Below, one piece after another: positions 18,332-28,663 of a stretch of DNA of 64,000 nt. Within the stretch, counting starts at the first letter, position 1. Each line of letters begins with the position of its first letter. Source of the DNA: Syntrophales bacterium (GTDB lineage Bacteria; Desulfobacterota; Syntrophia; Syntrophales; PHBD01); assembly GCA_963668175.1 (NCBI GenBank), contig OY764159.1, positions 3,776,001 to 3,840,000 of the forward strand, in the 5' to 3' direction. The position numbers and the translations under genes were made by a program. Under the pieces are notes generated by a model. It did not search any database. It was given only the letters and a program-made list of their open reading frames with translations, and was not told the origin of the DNA.

Positions 18332-20076
18332 ACACAGCGACCCAAGATACCAAAGCTTTATACATGCCTCGTTCCCACGAAACGACGGAAAGCAACAAGA
18401 CCGGATCATGGCGCTACCTCCGCCCCCGGTATGAGGAAAAGACATCTCCGTGCAGCAACGCCTGCCCGGCGGGGGAAGATATCGCCAGGATCGAGATGCT
18501 TACCACCCAGGCATCGTTCAAGGAAGCATGGGAAACCATTCTCATGGAGAATCCGTTTCCCGGGGTGTGCGGATGTGTCTGCTTTCATCCCTGCGAGAAT
18601 AACTGCAACCGGCAGCATTTCGACTCCGCCATCGCGATCAATAAAATAGAACGTTTCCTCGCCGATACCGCTCTTCGCAACGAACTCAAGCCCTTCCTGA
18701 CAAAACGCTCCGGCCAGCCCGAGAAGATCGCCGTCATCGGCGCCGGTCCCGCGGGCCTTTCCGCCGCCTGGTTTCTCAACATGCTGGGATACGCCTGCGA
18801 TGTCTTCGAATCCCAGGACGAACCGGGAGGCATCCTGCGGTGGGGCATTCCCGAATATCGCCTGCCGCTGGCCGTTCTGAAAACCGAAATCTCCAGGATC
18901 GAGGACCAGGGGATTAATATCCTCACCGGACAGAAGGTGTCGGAAAAGCGCCTGGAGGAGATTCGCAAGCAATACAAGGCCGTCTTCCTCGGTTGCGGTT
19001 ATTCCCTGAGCACGCCCCTCGGGATTTCCGGGGAGACGGAAGAAACCGTTCTGGACGGTCTGGCCTTTCTCCATAAAGTCAGAAACGGCGAGAAACCATC
19101 ATGTGATGGCGTCTCGGCCGTCATCGGCGGCGGCAACACCGCCATCGATGTGGCCCGTACGATCGTAAGGCTGGGAGGAAAGGCCGTAATCCTCTACCGG
19201 CGGAGAAGAGCGGACATGCCCGCCTTCGAGGACGAAGTGATCATGGCCCTGGACGAGGGCGTGGAATTGAACGAGCTGCTGGCTCCCGCCGGTATCGACA
19301 CACAAGGCGGTAAGAAGCTTCTGACCATGAAGAGAATGAAGGTCGAAGGCCAGGACAAAGACGGGCGGGGGCGGATCGTTCCCGCCGGCGACCAAACCGT
19401 CACGGTCACCGTCGACAGGGTCTTCACGGCGACGGGCGCCGGTGCGGACGAAACCTGGTACAATCCTCCCACGGCTGAGAAGGGCGTCAAGCCGTTCAGT
19501 CACTGTACGCTCGTAACCCGCGACGGAGCCCCGTTCCTTTACGGAGGCGATCTGACCAACGGCATCAAAAACGTCACGCAGGCCATTGCCTCGGGAAAAC
19601 AGGCGGCCATGATCCTGGATACATACTTCCGGGAAGGCATGGACCGCATCGTCCCCAGGCTCGAAGAATGCACGGTGGGCAGCGGCCCGTCCCTATCCAT
19701 GGAAATCTACATGGGCGGCCCCCGCAGCAAGCGCAGCCCCCACGTTGTCCAGTACAGCGAGATCAATACCGATTATTTTCAATTCGAACCCCGGATCTCC
19801 CAACCGCGTCTGCTGGCGGAGGAACGGGTAAAGACCTTTGCCGAGATCGATCTGAAGATATCGGCAAACCTGGCCATTCGCGAGGCGGAACGGTGTTTCA
19901 ACTGCGGCGTCTGCAACCAGTGCGACAATTGTTACCTCTTTTGCCCCGATGTCGCCGCACTCAGGGAAAGCAACAAGGAAAACCGCCATATCGACTACGA
20001 TTATTGCAAAGGCTGCGGCCTCTGTGCGGCGGAATGCCCCCGCAACGCAATGACGCTTGGAGAGGAGGGGATATAA
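18328..20076 (+). CDS. fused delta (2[4Fe-4S]) subunit / GltD-like FAD-NAD(P)H oxidoreductase
   Basis: N-terminal KTGSWR..RP (PorD-like); CSNACP and CGCVC..PCE..C; GAGPAG; GGGNTA; C-terminal CxxCxxCxxxCP and DYDYCKGCGLCAAECP. Confidence 0.85.
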   Translation: MNTATQDTKALYMPRSHETTESNKTGSWRYLRPRYEEKTSPCSNACPAGEDIARIEMLTTQASFKEAWETILMENPFPGVCGCVCFHPCENNCNRQHFDSAIAINKIERFLADTALRNELKPFLTKRSGQPEKIAVIGAGPAGLSAAWFLNMLGYACDVFESQDEPGGILRWGIPEYRLPLAVLKTEISRIEDQGINILTGQKVSEKRLEEIRKQYKAVFLGCGYSLSTPLGISGETEETVLDGLAFLHKVRNGEKPSCDGVSAVIGGGNTAIDVARTIVRLGGKAVILYRRRRADMPAFEDEVIMALDEGVELNELLAPAGIDTQGGKKLLTMKRMKVEGQDKDGRGRIVPAGDQTVTVTVDRVFTATGAGADETWYNPPTAEKGVKPFSHCTLVTRDGAPFLYGGDLTNGIKNVTQAIASGKQAAMILDTYFREGMDRIVPRLEECTVGSGPSLSMEIYMGGPRSKRSPHVVQYSEINTDYFQFEPRISQPRLLAEERVKTFAEIDLKISANLAIREAERCFNCGVCNQCDNCYLFCPDVAALRESNKENRHIDYDYCKGCGLCAAECPRNAMTLGEEGI

Positions 20077-20077
20077 T

Positions 20078-21247
20078 ATGAAACGGGTACTTGAAGGAAG
20101 CCAGTCCGTCGCCGAAGCCGTGCGGATGGCCAAGGTTCAGGTCGTATCGGCCTATCCGATCACGCCGCAGACGCACATCGTGGAGATCATCTCCGATTAC
20201 TGCGCTACCGGCAAGATGGACGCGCGGTTCCTGCGCGTAGAGAGCGAGCACTCCTGCCTGGCCGCCCTGATCGGCGCCGAAAGCATGGGCGTGCGCACCT
20301 TTACGGCGACATCCTCCCAGGGTCTGGCTCTGATGCACGAGCTCCTGCACTGGGCATCCGGCGCCCGCCTTCCTATTGTCATGGCCGAGGTCAACCGGGC
20401 CCTCGCCCCCGGCTGGAACATCTGGACGGACCAGAGCGACAGCCTATCCCAGCGCGATACGGGATGGCTCCAATTCTACTGCGAAGACGGCCAGGAAGTC
20501 TACGACACGACGCTCCAGTCTTTCCGCCTGGCCGAGACGATCAACCTTCCGGTCATGGTGGTACTGGATGCCTTTCTCCTTTCCCACACGTACGAACCGG
20601 TGGACGTCCCCGAACAGGAGGCCGTCGACCGCTTCCTGCCCCCGTATAAGCCGGAGTTTCGTCTGGATACGCGGGACCCCTTCGCCTTGAGCCCGCTGGT
20701 AACGCCGGTCAACTACATGGAGATGCGATACGATATCGCCACGGCCATGGACGAGGCGAGGGTGCGTTTCAACGATATCGAGAATGAATTTGCAGGCATC
20801 TTCGACCGCCGTTACGGACCGATCGAGGCCATTGCCTGCGACGATGCGGAGATTGTCCTCGTAACATCGGGAACCATGACCAGCACGGCCCGCCAGCTTC
20901 TCGAGGAACTGCGGGCCAAGGGCGAGCGGATCGGCGTCCTGAAGATCAAAATGTTCCGGCCGTTCCCCGTTGAGGAGGTCCGCAGGGCCTTAAAGAGTGC
21001 CCGGAAAGTGGCCGTGATCGACCGGAATTTCTCTTTCGGCGCGAGCGGCATCTTCGCCCAGGAAATCAGGGCCGCCCTTTGCAACGTACCCGGTCATCCG
21101 CCCGTATTCGGATACATCGCCGGGCTCGGAGGCCGGGATGTAACGACATCCGTGCTGTCGGATATCTACAACCGGACCAAAACCAGCAACGTCCCTGCAA
21201 CGGAAAGCATCTGGGTGGGGCTTCAGGAGGTGAAACGTGCAAATTGA
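20078..21247 (+). CDS. 2-oxoacid:acceptor oxidoreductase alpha subunit
   Basis: AYPITPQT, VESEH, TATSSQGL, GLGGRD. Confidence 0.93.
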   Translation: MKRVLEGSQSVAEAVRMAKVQVVSAYPITPQTHIVEIISDYCATGKMDARFLRVESEHSCLAALIGAESMGVRTFTATSSQGLALMHELLHWASGARLPIVMAEVNRALAPGWNIWTDQSDSLSQRDTGWLQFYCEDGQEVYDTTLQSFRLAETINLPVMVVLDAFLLSHTYEPVDVPEQEAVDRFLPPYKPEFRLDTRDPFALSPLVTPVNYMEMRYDIATAMDEARVRFNDIENEFAGIFDRRYGPIEAIACDDAEIVLVTSGTMTSTARQLLEELRAKGERIGVLKIKMFRPFPVEEVRRALKSARKVAVIDRNFSFGASGIFAQEIRAALCNVPGHPPVFGYIAGLGGRDVTTSVLSDIYNRTKTSNVPATESIWVGLQEVKRAN

Positions 21248-22118
21248 CGCTTTCGATCGTGAATATATGTGCTCGGGCCATGTCGGATGCCCGGGCTGCG
21301 GTGCAACCATCGCCATGCGCTTTGTGATGAAAGCCTTGGGCGAAAAAACGGTCATGGTCCTTCCCGCCTGCTGCTGGTCGGTTATTTCCGGGCCGTATCC
21401 CCAGTCGACCATGAAGATTCCGGTTCTCCACACGGCCTTTGAAACAGGCGGCGCGGCGGCCAGCGGCGTCCGGGCGGCCCTCGACATGAAGGGCGATACC
21501 GATACGACCGTCATCACCTGGGCCGGCGACGGCGGGACATTCGACATCGGCTTCCAGGCCTTAAGCGGGGCCGTCGAGCGGAACGAAGACTTCATCTATA
21601 TCTGCTACGACAACGAGGCTTACATGAACACGGGCATCCAGCGAAGCTCGTCCACGCCTTACGGAGCCTGGACGACGACGACGCCGGGACAGGATTGGAA
21701 GAAGATGCGGAAAAAGAACATCGTGGAATCCCTTGTCGCCCACCGCATCCCCTATGCGGCCACGGCCAATATCGCTTTTCCGGAAGATCTGGTCCGCAAG
21801 GCGAGGAAAGCCCGTGAAGTGAAAGGCTCCCGGTTCCTGCATATCTACGCAAGCTGCCCGACCGGCTGGAAGATTCCCTCCGAGTTGTCCGTAAAGATCG
21901 CCCGGATGGCCGTGCAAACCAATATTTTTCCCCTCTACGAAGTTGAAGACGGCGTCCGCTATACGATCAATTACCGGCCGAAGGAGTATCTCGTCCGGGA
22001 ATACTTCAAACTTCAGGGACGTTTCCGGCACCTGACCGACCAGGACCTCGACCATATCCAGCAGATGGTGGACGAAGACTGGGCGCTTCTCTTGAGAAAG
22101 GCGGGCGAACGTTTGTAA
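21237..22118 (+). CDS. 2-oxoacid:acceptor oxidoreductase beta (TPP-binding) subunit
   Basis: CPGCG, GDG..DIG ... DNEAYMNTG, CPTGW; GTG start behind AGGAGG. Confidence 0.93.
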   Translation: MQIDAFDREYMCSGHVGCPGCGATIAMRFVMKALGEKTVMVLPACCWSVISGPYPQSTMKIPVLHTAFETGGAAASGVRAALDMKGDTDTTVITWAGDGGTFDIGFQALSGAVERNEDFIYICYDNEAYMNTGIQRSSSTPYGAWTTTTPGQDWKKMRKKNIVESLVAHRIPYAATANIAFPEDLVRKARKAREVKGSRFLHIYASCPTGWKIPSELSVKIARMAVQTNIFPLYEVEDGVRYTINYRPKEYLVREYFKLQGRFRHLTDQDLDHIQQMVDEDWALLLRKAGERL

Positions 22119-22152
22119 CTGCTCAGACGGACCAATCATCCGGATAAAAGAA

Positions 22153-22191
22153 GAGGCACAGGCGGTTCCAAAGCCTGTGCCTCACTTTTTT
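22153..22191 (+). terminator. intrinsic terminator
   Basis: GAGGCACAGGC-9 nt-GCCTGTGCCTC followed by T run. Confidence 0.8.
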
Positions 22192-22274
22192 CAAACAGTC
22201 TGATCTCGGCCGGAACGTTGTTACGGACCTTCTCTTTCGCTTTTTCCAGACAGGTCCCTGCACCTGATAGATAT

Positions 22275-23534
22275 CTACTGGGCCTTCTGTACTTTCTTCG
22301 CTTTCTTGCCCTTTTTCTTCACAACCTTCTTGGCGGCCTTCTTCTCAGGCTTCGCTTCCATGACGCCGTCGTCAACCTTGCCGGACGAATCGAAGACGGC
22401 CTGGACCCTGCGGTTTTTCTGCCGTCCCTCCGCCGTGCCGTTATCCGCAATGGGTTTGTCCGGACCGAAACCGACCGCTTTCAGGCGGGCGGGAGCGATT
22501 TTGAACTTTTTCACGAGGTAATTCTTGATGCTGTTGGCCCTGTCCTGGGACAGCCTCATATTCTTGGCATGCTTGCCGACGTTGTCCGTATGGCCTTCGA
22601 TCACGGCCGTCGTTTCGGGATACTGGTTCATGTAATCGGCCACTCTCTTGATCTCGTCGTGATACTTGGCCTTGACATTCGACTTGCCCGTATCGAATTC
22701 CACCGCCAGCTCGATGGTGGGCTTCGCTTCCGCTTCCGCCGGAGCGGCTGCCGCCTGCTTACGTTCTTCGACCACCGGGGGAGGAGGCTCCGGTTTTGCC
22801 TTTACTTCCGGTTTTGGAGCAGCCTTGCTGAGAAACACTTTTTCCACGTAATCGCCCATGGCGGCGCTGGCGGCGATATCATCCCCGCTCGTATAGAAGC
22901 CGCACCCTCCCGCCTCGGCGACCCGCTGGAGCAGTTTCTTGCCGCTGGGATGATCGCCCATCTGGATCGTATAGATGCAGACCCTGCTGCCGTACTGTCC
23001 TTTCATCCTTTCAGCCGCCTGGACGGGGCCGTCATCCTGATCCTGGCCGTCGCTTACGATGATTACGGCCATCTGCCCCTTCGCCGTTTTCAGATCGCCC
23101 GTCGCGCCGTCGATGGCTGCCGCCAGAGGCGTCTGGCCGCCATCACGGCCCAGATTGCCCAGAGCTTCTGTCAAACCTCCTTTTGTATATGGAGTCAGGC
23201 CCCAAACGAGCTTTGAATTTTCAAGGCTCATACCCTCGAGGTAACCGAATGACCGCAGGCCGGCATCGAGCTTCAGGTCAGGAATGGTCTGGTTCATCCG
23301 CTTGATCGTCTCGGCTCCCTGGATCAATTTTGTTGCCCCGCCGTAATTTTCCGACATGGATAAAGAGACATCGTCCAGGATGAGAAAAGTGTCCACCTTC
23401 TGGGCAAGCTGCCCGCTTTGCAGCTTCGGGTTGAGATCAACCGGTGTGAAGACGGTCTGCGGCATCTGGGCCGCACATCCTGTAAAAACGGCACAAATAA
23501 AAACGATAAGCAACTTGAACGATCGTTTCTTCAT
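22275..23534 (-). CDS. lipoprotein with vWA and OmpA-like peptidoglycan-binding domains
   Basis: Lipobox FTGC; MIDAS DVSLS, TPL, VSDG; IEGHTDNVG, NRRV; Lys-rich tail. Confidence 0.88.
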   Translation of the reverse strand: MKKRSFKLLIVFICAVFTGCAAQMPQTVFTPVDLNPKLQSGQLAQKVDTFLILDDVSLSMSENYGGATKLIQGAETIKRMNQTIPDLKLDAGLRSFGYLEGMSLENSKLVWGLTPYTKGGLTEALGNLGRDGGQTPLAAAIDGATGDLKTAKGQMAVIIVSDGQDQDDGPVQAAERMKGQYGSRVCIYTIQMGDHPSGKKLLQRVAEAGGCGFYTSGDDIAASAAMGDYVEKVFLSKAAPKPEVKAKPEPPPPVVEERKQAAAAPAEAEAKPTIELAVEFDTGKSNVKAKYHDEIKRVADYMNQYPETTAVIEGHTDNVGKHAKNMRLSQDRANSIKNYLVKKFKIAPARLKAVGFGPDKPIADNGTAEGRQKNRRVQAVFDSSGKVDDGVMEAKPEKKAAKKVVKKKGKKAKKVQKAQ

Positions 23535-23562
23535 GGCGTAGCCTCCTTACTTTCCGGTTTGG

Positions 23563-24492
23563 TTAAGGATTGGACTTCTTGGCCTTAAGTCTATCATAGA
23601 CTTCATCGTGCAGAGGGGTCGGTATGCCGAGGGCCTTGCCGGCTTTTACGATATATCCGGTGAAAGTTTCCAGTTCCGTCGGCTTCCCTTTTTCAAAATC
23701 GAGTTGAAGGGACGTCTTGGTCTCATACGGAAAAGCGCCGACCTTGCCGAGCGTCGCTTCGATGATATCCGGCGGCAGCTTGACACCTTTGGCCTTGGAA
23801 ATAAGCAAGGTCTCCTTGATCAATCCCATCAGCAGATCCCGCGAACCTTCGTCGGCCATAATGGCGCCGAAGGGCTTCATGAGCATCGACGTAATGCCCG
23901 CAGCCGGACTGATAAACACGAATTTCGTCCAGAGCGGCACCAAAGGATCGTTCGTCAATTCCGATTTAATGCCGGCTTTAAGGAAAAGTTCCTGGATAGG
24001 CTGGTAGGCCGAAACACTCCCGTTTTCCGGTCCGAAGATGAGCTGACAGGAACCGCCCACCTGCTTGACGGCCCCCGGCCCCTCAATGAATGCCGAAATG
24101 TAGACGCAGCCGCCCAAAACGTCGGCCTTAGGAAGCACCGTCCGCAGCCGCTCCGAAATGTCGACGCCGTTTAGAAGGGGAATGATAACCGTCTTTTCGT
24201 GAACGTTGCCGGCAATCTGGGATGCAGCCTGTTCCAGACCGTAACTCTTGACCGCGAACAGGACGATGTCGAAAGGCCCTGCTGCAGCCGGATTATCCGT
24301 CGCCATCGTCGGTACGGCCTTGAATGCACCGTCCTGCGTAACCAGCTGAAGTCCCTTCTGCTTAATCGCCTGGAGATGCTCCCCCCGCGCGATGAAAATC
24401 ACCTCATGCTCACTGGAAGCCCCGTAAGCAAGCGCCAGTTTACCTCCATAGAAACCTCCCACGCCTCCGATGCCGACACAAGCAATTCTCAT
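23563..24492 (-). CDS. panE: 2-dehydropantoate 2-reductase
   Basis: GIGGVG, ARG.H, VKSY, LLNG, W.K, TSLQLD..GK.TE. Confidence 0.88.
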   Translation of the reverse strand: MRIACVGIGGVGGFYGGKLALAYGASSEHEVIFIARGEHLQAIKQKGLQLVTQDGAFKAVPTMATDNPAAAGPFDIVLFAVKSYGLEQAASQIAGNVHEKTVIIPLLNGVDISERLRTVLPKADVLGGCVYISAFIEGPGAVKQVGGSCQLIFGPENGSVSAYQPIQELFLKAGIKSELTNDPLVPLWTKFVFISPAAGITSMLMKPFGAIMADEGSRDLLMGLIKETLLISKAKGVKLPPDIIEATLGKVGAFPYETKTSLQLDFEKGKPTELETFTGYIVKAGKALGIPTPLHDEVYDRLKAKKSNP

Positions 24493-24617
24493 CTATCTGT
24501 TCCTCCTTCATTTGATCAATAGGTTTATGAACTTCTTGACAGGATTACCAATTTGCCATATGAAAATATTGAAAGACAAGGGTTGTCGTACTTAAAATCA
24601 TAACCGACGGATCAATC

Positions 24618-25037
24618 ATGGAATCAAGCTATTCAAAAAAGGTCGTCATTCGTTATTCGGCCGATAACGTGGATCAACCCATTATCTGTCAGCTTGTTAA
24701 GAAATTCGACCTACAGTTTAATATCCTGAAGGCCCGGATATTCCCGCGCAGGGAAGGCGTCATCGTCCTCGAACTCGGCGGCTCCCAGGAAGCCTTTGAC
24801 AGCGGAATCAGATTTCTCAAAGAGAAGGGATTGCGGGTCGAGCCGCTCTCCAAGAGCGTATTTCAGAACATAACCAAATGTGTTCACTGCGGTGCATGTA
24901 CGGCCTTCTGCCCCACGGACGCCCTTTCCATCGAGAGGCCGTCCATGCGGATCGTCTTCGATGCGGAGAAATGTAACGGCTGTGAGCATTGCGTAACGGC
25001 CTGCCCGGTCCGGGCGATGGAAGTCAACCTTTTCTGA
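24618..25037 (+). CDS. NIL domain plus 2[4Fe-4S] ferredoxin protein
   Basis: QFNILKA (NIL); two CxxCxxCxxxCP motifs. Confidence 0.88.
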   Translation: MESSYSKKVVIRYSADNVDQPIICQLVKKFDLQFNILKARIFPRREGVIVLELGGSQEAFDSGIRFLKEKGLRVEPLSKSVFQNITKCVHCGACTAFCPTDALSIERPSMRIVFDAEKCNGCEHCVTACPVRAMEVNLF

Positions 25038-25098
25038 AGGGCGTCCACCCCGGCTCCAGCCTCTATTTCGAAGTGCGTGTCTCCGATCGATGTGAGTC

Positions 25099-25383
25099 CT
25101 ATTTACCCTTCTCGATCATGTCCTTGCCCTTCTCGTAGACGCCTTTTCCCTTCTGGTAAAGCTCTTTGGTCTGCGTCGTTCCCTTTTCAAGGGCCTCGCG
25201 GAAACCGGATGTCCCTTTATAATAAAAATACCCCGCAAGTCCCAGCAGTATAATCGTCGCATAGATGGCCATCTTGAAGAATTGCTTGGCGATAAAGAAA
25301 AGGAGCAAGGCGCCGACGATGATCAAACCGACGACGGCCGGGGGATGAGTCGATAAGTAATGGATCAGGCCTTCCACGAGCAA
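25099..25383 (-). CDS. small membrane hypothetical protein
   Basis: Two hydrophobic segments and a charged tail; AAGGAG before TTG. Confidence 0.65.
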   Translation of the reverse strand: MLVEGLIHYLSTHPPAVVGLIIVGALLLFFIAKQFFKMAIYATIILLGLAGYFYYKGTSGFREALEKGTTQTKELYQKGKGVYEKGKDMIEKGK

Positions 25384-25509
25384 ACTCCTTCGGTCTGTTC
25401 TTATTTAAAAATACTCTTTTCTCCGGTGAAAATCCAGAATTTCTTTAACCTTGACAAATCCTAAATGCGACGTCTAAGTATAGAACCGACCCGGAAAGGA
25501 CAGGCATTT

Positions 25510-26814
25510 ATGAAAATAGCGGTCGCGACGCTGGGCTGCAAGGTCAATCAATACGAATCGGCGGCCATGATGGAGGCCCTCGATGGATTTACGGTCGTCC
25601 CTTTCGAAGCTGTTGCCGACTGTTATCTCATCAACACATGCACGGTCACGGGAAAGACCGATTACCAGTCCCGGCAGCTGATTCGCCGGGCGCTCAGGAA
25701 CAATCCGGGAGCGACCGTCATCGTGACCGGTTGCTATGCCCAGAGGGCCCCGGAAGAGATAGCCCGTATTCCCGGCGTAACCCTTGTCGCCGGGAATGAA
25801 GAAAAGGCCGATATCGGCCGCATCCTGAAAAGCCTGTCCCGAACGCAAACCCGCATTCTGGTCGAGGACATCCGGAACCGAAAGCGGATATCGAATCTCG
25901 CCGCCACGTCCTTCGCGGGACATACGCGCGCTTTTCTGAAAATCCAGGACGGCTGCAACGCCCATTGCAGCTACTGTATCGTCCCCCTGACGAGAGGGCC
26001 GGCCCGAAGCCTCCCCATGCCGGAAGTCCTGTCGCAAATCGAGCAACTCTCCGGCAAGGGCTACCGTGAGGTCGTACTCACGGGCATCCATCTCGGAGAA
26101 TACGGCCGCGATCTCGATCCTTCCGCCTCTCTGGCCGGCCTTGTGGCCCGCATCCTGGCGGCCGGTAAAATCGAAAGGCTCCGTCTGAGCTCCATAGAAC
26201 CCGGTGAGATCACCGATGAATTGCTGGATATTTTCAGGCAGTCCCCGATCCTTTGCCGCCATCTCCACATCCCCCTCCAGAGCGGAGACGACCGCATCTT
26301 GAGGGCGATGGGGCGGGACTACGATACGGCCTTTTACCGGAACCTGCTCGACAGAATCGTCTCCGCCGTTCCCGACATCGCCGTCGGTATCGACGTCATG
26401 GCCGGCTTTCCGGGCGAAGACGAAGAGGCATTCGCCAATACCGGGCAATTCGTTGCATCGCTTCCTGCGGCCTACTTCCATGTCTTCCCTTATTCAAGAC
26501 GTCCGGGCACGAAGGCGTCTGCCATGGCGGCGCAGGTCGGGGAAAACGACAAAAAGCGGCGGGCGGAGATTCTGAGGGGTATCGGCAGGGACAAAAAAAA
26601 GGCCTTCATGGAAAAGCTCATAGGAAAACGTCTGGCCGTTCTCATAGAGAACGGGAAAAAAGTAAATTCGGGCCAGGTCAAGGGCCTGTCCGAACATTAC
26701 ATGCCGGTCATCATTACCAACGGAGAACAGTACCATGGGAACCAAATTGTCTGTGTGGTTGCAGAGCATCTTCAAAACGGATTCCTCGTCGGATCTGCCG
26801 CTGACCCTGACTGA
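25510..26814 (+). CDS. mtaB: tRNA t6A37 C2-methylthiotransferase
   Basis: TLGCKVNQYE, NTCTVT, TGCYAQ, KIQDGCNAHCSYC, HVFPYS.R.GT. Confidence 0.93.
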   Translation: MKIAVATLGCKVNQYESAAMMEALDGFTVVPFEAVADCYLINTCTVTGKTDYQSRQLIRRALRNNPGATVIVTGCYAQRAPEEIARIPGVTLVAGNEEKADIGRILKSLSRTQTRILVEDIRNRKRISNLAATSFAGHTRAFLKIQDGCNAHCSYCIVPLTRGPARSLPMPEVLSQIEQLSGKGYREVVLTGIHLGEYGRDLDPSASLAGLVARILAAGKIERLRLSSIEPGEITDELLDIFRQSPILCRHLHIPLQSGDDRILRAMGRDYDTAFYRNLLDRIVSAVPDIAVGIDVMAGFPGEDEEAFANTGQFVASLPAAYFHVFPYSRRPGTKASAMAAQVGENDKKRRAEILRGIGRDKKKAFMEKLIGKRLAVLIENGKKVNSGQVKGLSEHYMPVIITNGEQYHGNQIVCVVAEHLQNGFLVGSAADPD

Positions 26815-27538
26815 GGACAGGCTTTCCCTTCTCAGGATTCTGGAAGATAATCTTTCATACCGTTTCAACGACATAAGGCTTCTGGACCATGCCTTAACGC
26901 ACCGTTCCTTCGTCCATGAAAACCTCGCCCTCTGCTGCCGGGACAACGAGCGCCTGGAATTCCTCGGAGACGCCGTGCTGCAGTTGTGCATCAGCGATAT
27001 TCTCATGAAAAAATATCCGGGACATACGGAAGGCGTCCTCTCCAAATTGCGGGCATCATTCGTCAACGAAAGACCCCTGGCCGATCTGGCCCGGCAATAT
27101 CGTATCGGCGAGGCACTGCTTCTGGGCAAAGGGGAGGAGAACTCCGGAGGAAGAAAAAAATCTTCTCTCCTGTCCAATGCCTTTGAAGCCGTCATGGCGG
27201 CCATCTATCTGGACGGCGGCTTTTATAAGGCTTATGTCTTCATCGAAGCGTTATTTACGCGCTTCATTGCCGAACAAGGTTCTTCCCAGGGTTATGCGGA
27301 CTACAAAACGGCCCTGCAGGAACTCAGCCAGGAATATTTCAAGGAGGTGCCGAAGTATTCCCTGATCGGGGAAGAAGGACCGGATCACGATAAGACCTTC
27401 GAAATGCAGCTATCCCTGGCAGGAGTCATCACGACAGCCGGCAGAGGCAAGACGAAGAAGATGGCCGAACAGGATGCCGCCAGAAAAGCCCTGGAACAGA
27501 TGCGGGACCTGGAAAAAGAGGAAAAGACGGATGACTGA
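26735..27538 (+). CDS. rnc: ribonuclease III
   Basis: ALTHRS, NERLEFLGDAVL, dsRBD (YKT.LQE, GPDH.K.F, KK.AEQ.AA); start uncertain, 80 nt overlap with mtaB. Confidence 0.95.
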   Translation: MGTKLSVWLQSIFKTDSSSDLPLTLTEDRLSLLRILEDNLSYRFNDIRLLDHALTHRSFVHENLALCCRDNERLEFLGDAVLQLCISDILMKKYPGHTEGVLSKLRASFVNERPLADLARQYRIGEALLLGKGEENSGGRKKSSLLSNAFEAVMAAIYLDGGFYKAYVFIEALFTRFIAEQGSSQGYADYKTALQELSQEYFKEVPKYSLIGEEGPDHDKTFEMQLSLAGVITTAGRGKTKKMAEQDAARKALEQMRDLEKEEKTDD

Positions 27539-27601
27539 AAGGCGCCGCCCGCCGGGACGGGAAAGCAGCCGAATGTCACTCGCGGAGAGAACAATAGGGT
27601 C

Positions 27602-28663
27602 ATGCCCCTGATTATTCCGATCTTCATCAAAAACCGCGGCTGCCCGCATCGCTGCATTTTCTGCAACGAGAGCATGATTGCCGGGGAGCATCCCGATGAT
27701 ATCACGGAGGCTTCCGTACGCTCTATCGTGGAACAATACCTGGCGGGGACGGCGAAGAAACGGGGGGGTATCCAAATTGCCTTTTACGGCGGCAATTTCA
27801 CCGGGCTGGATGAAGACGAGCAAACAAGGCTTCTGGGACTGACAGAGCCTTATCTCGAAACGGGCCGGGTCCAATCCCTCAGGATATCCACACGGCCGGA
27901 CGCCATTGACAGAAGAATCCTCGACAGACTGTGCACATACCGGGTCCGTACCGTTGAAATCGGCGTCCAGTCCATGAACGACGAGGTTTTAACGCTTTCG
28001 GAAAGAGGGCACACGGCCCGGGAAGCTGTGGAGGCGGTCCGCCTCCTGAAGGAAGGGGGGTTGGAAGCGGGTGTACACCTGATGGCCGGTCTCCCGGGTG
28101 ACAATCCGGAAAGGTTCTCGGAAACGGTGGATGCGGTGATCGCCATGAAACCGGCAATGATCAGGATTCACCCGGCGATTGTTTTTCGAGGCACCGCGTT
28201 GGGCCTGCTGTACAGCACCGGCGGCTACCGGCCCCTGTCTCTGGACGAAGCCGTATCGCTCTGCAAAACGGCCGTCGCAAGATTTGCCGCCCGCAACATC
28301 CCGGTCGTCCGCCTCGGCCTGCAGACCACGAAAGAGATGGAAGCCCCGGGCAGCATCCTGGCCGGTCCTTTCCACCCGGCCTTCGGAGCCCTCGTCTATG
28401 AGTCCCTCTTCTGCGACATGGCCAAGGCGCTTCTCTCCCGCCGGTCGCAGCCTGAAGAAAAGGTTGCGTTTCGCGTGTCTCCGGCCGATGTTTCGCATCT
28501 GCGGGGCCGCGGCCAATCCAATCTGAAGGCCTTGAAAGAAGCCTTCGGGCTTTCGGAAATCACTGTCGCATCCGATGAAAACCTCAGGCGCGGCATGCTG
28601 TCCATGCAGGCAGAAGCACTTGGTGCCCCTCCCCTATCCACGTCCCTGTCCGACCTGGTATAG
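27602..28663 (+). CDS. Elp3/YhcC-like radical SAM protein
   Basis: GCPHRCIFC, AFYGGNFT, STRPD, EIGVQS, AGPFHPAFG. Confidence 0.9.
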   Translation: MPLIIPIFIKNRGCPHRCIFCNESMIAGEHPDDITEASVRSIVEQYLAGTAKKRGGIQIAFYGGNFTGLDEDEQTRLLGLTEPYLETGRVQSLRISTRPDAIDRRILDRLCTYRVRTVEIGVQSMNDEVLTLSERGHTAREAVEAVRLLKEGGLEAGVHLMAGLPGDNPERFSETVDAVIAMKPAMIRIHPAIVFRGTALGLLYSTGGYRPLSLDEAVSLCKTAVARFAARNIPVVRLGLQTTKEMEAPGSILAGPFHPAFGALVYESLFCDMAKALLSRRSQPEEKVAFRVSPADVSHLRGRGQSNLKALKEAFGLSEITVASDENLRRGMLSMQAEALGAPPLSTSLSDLV

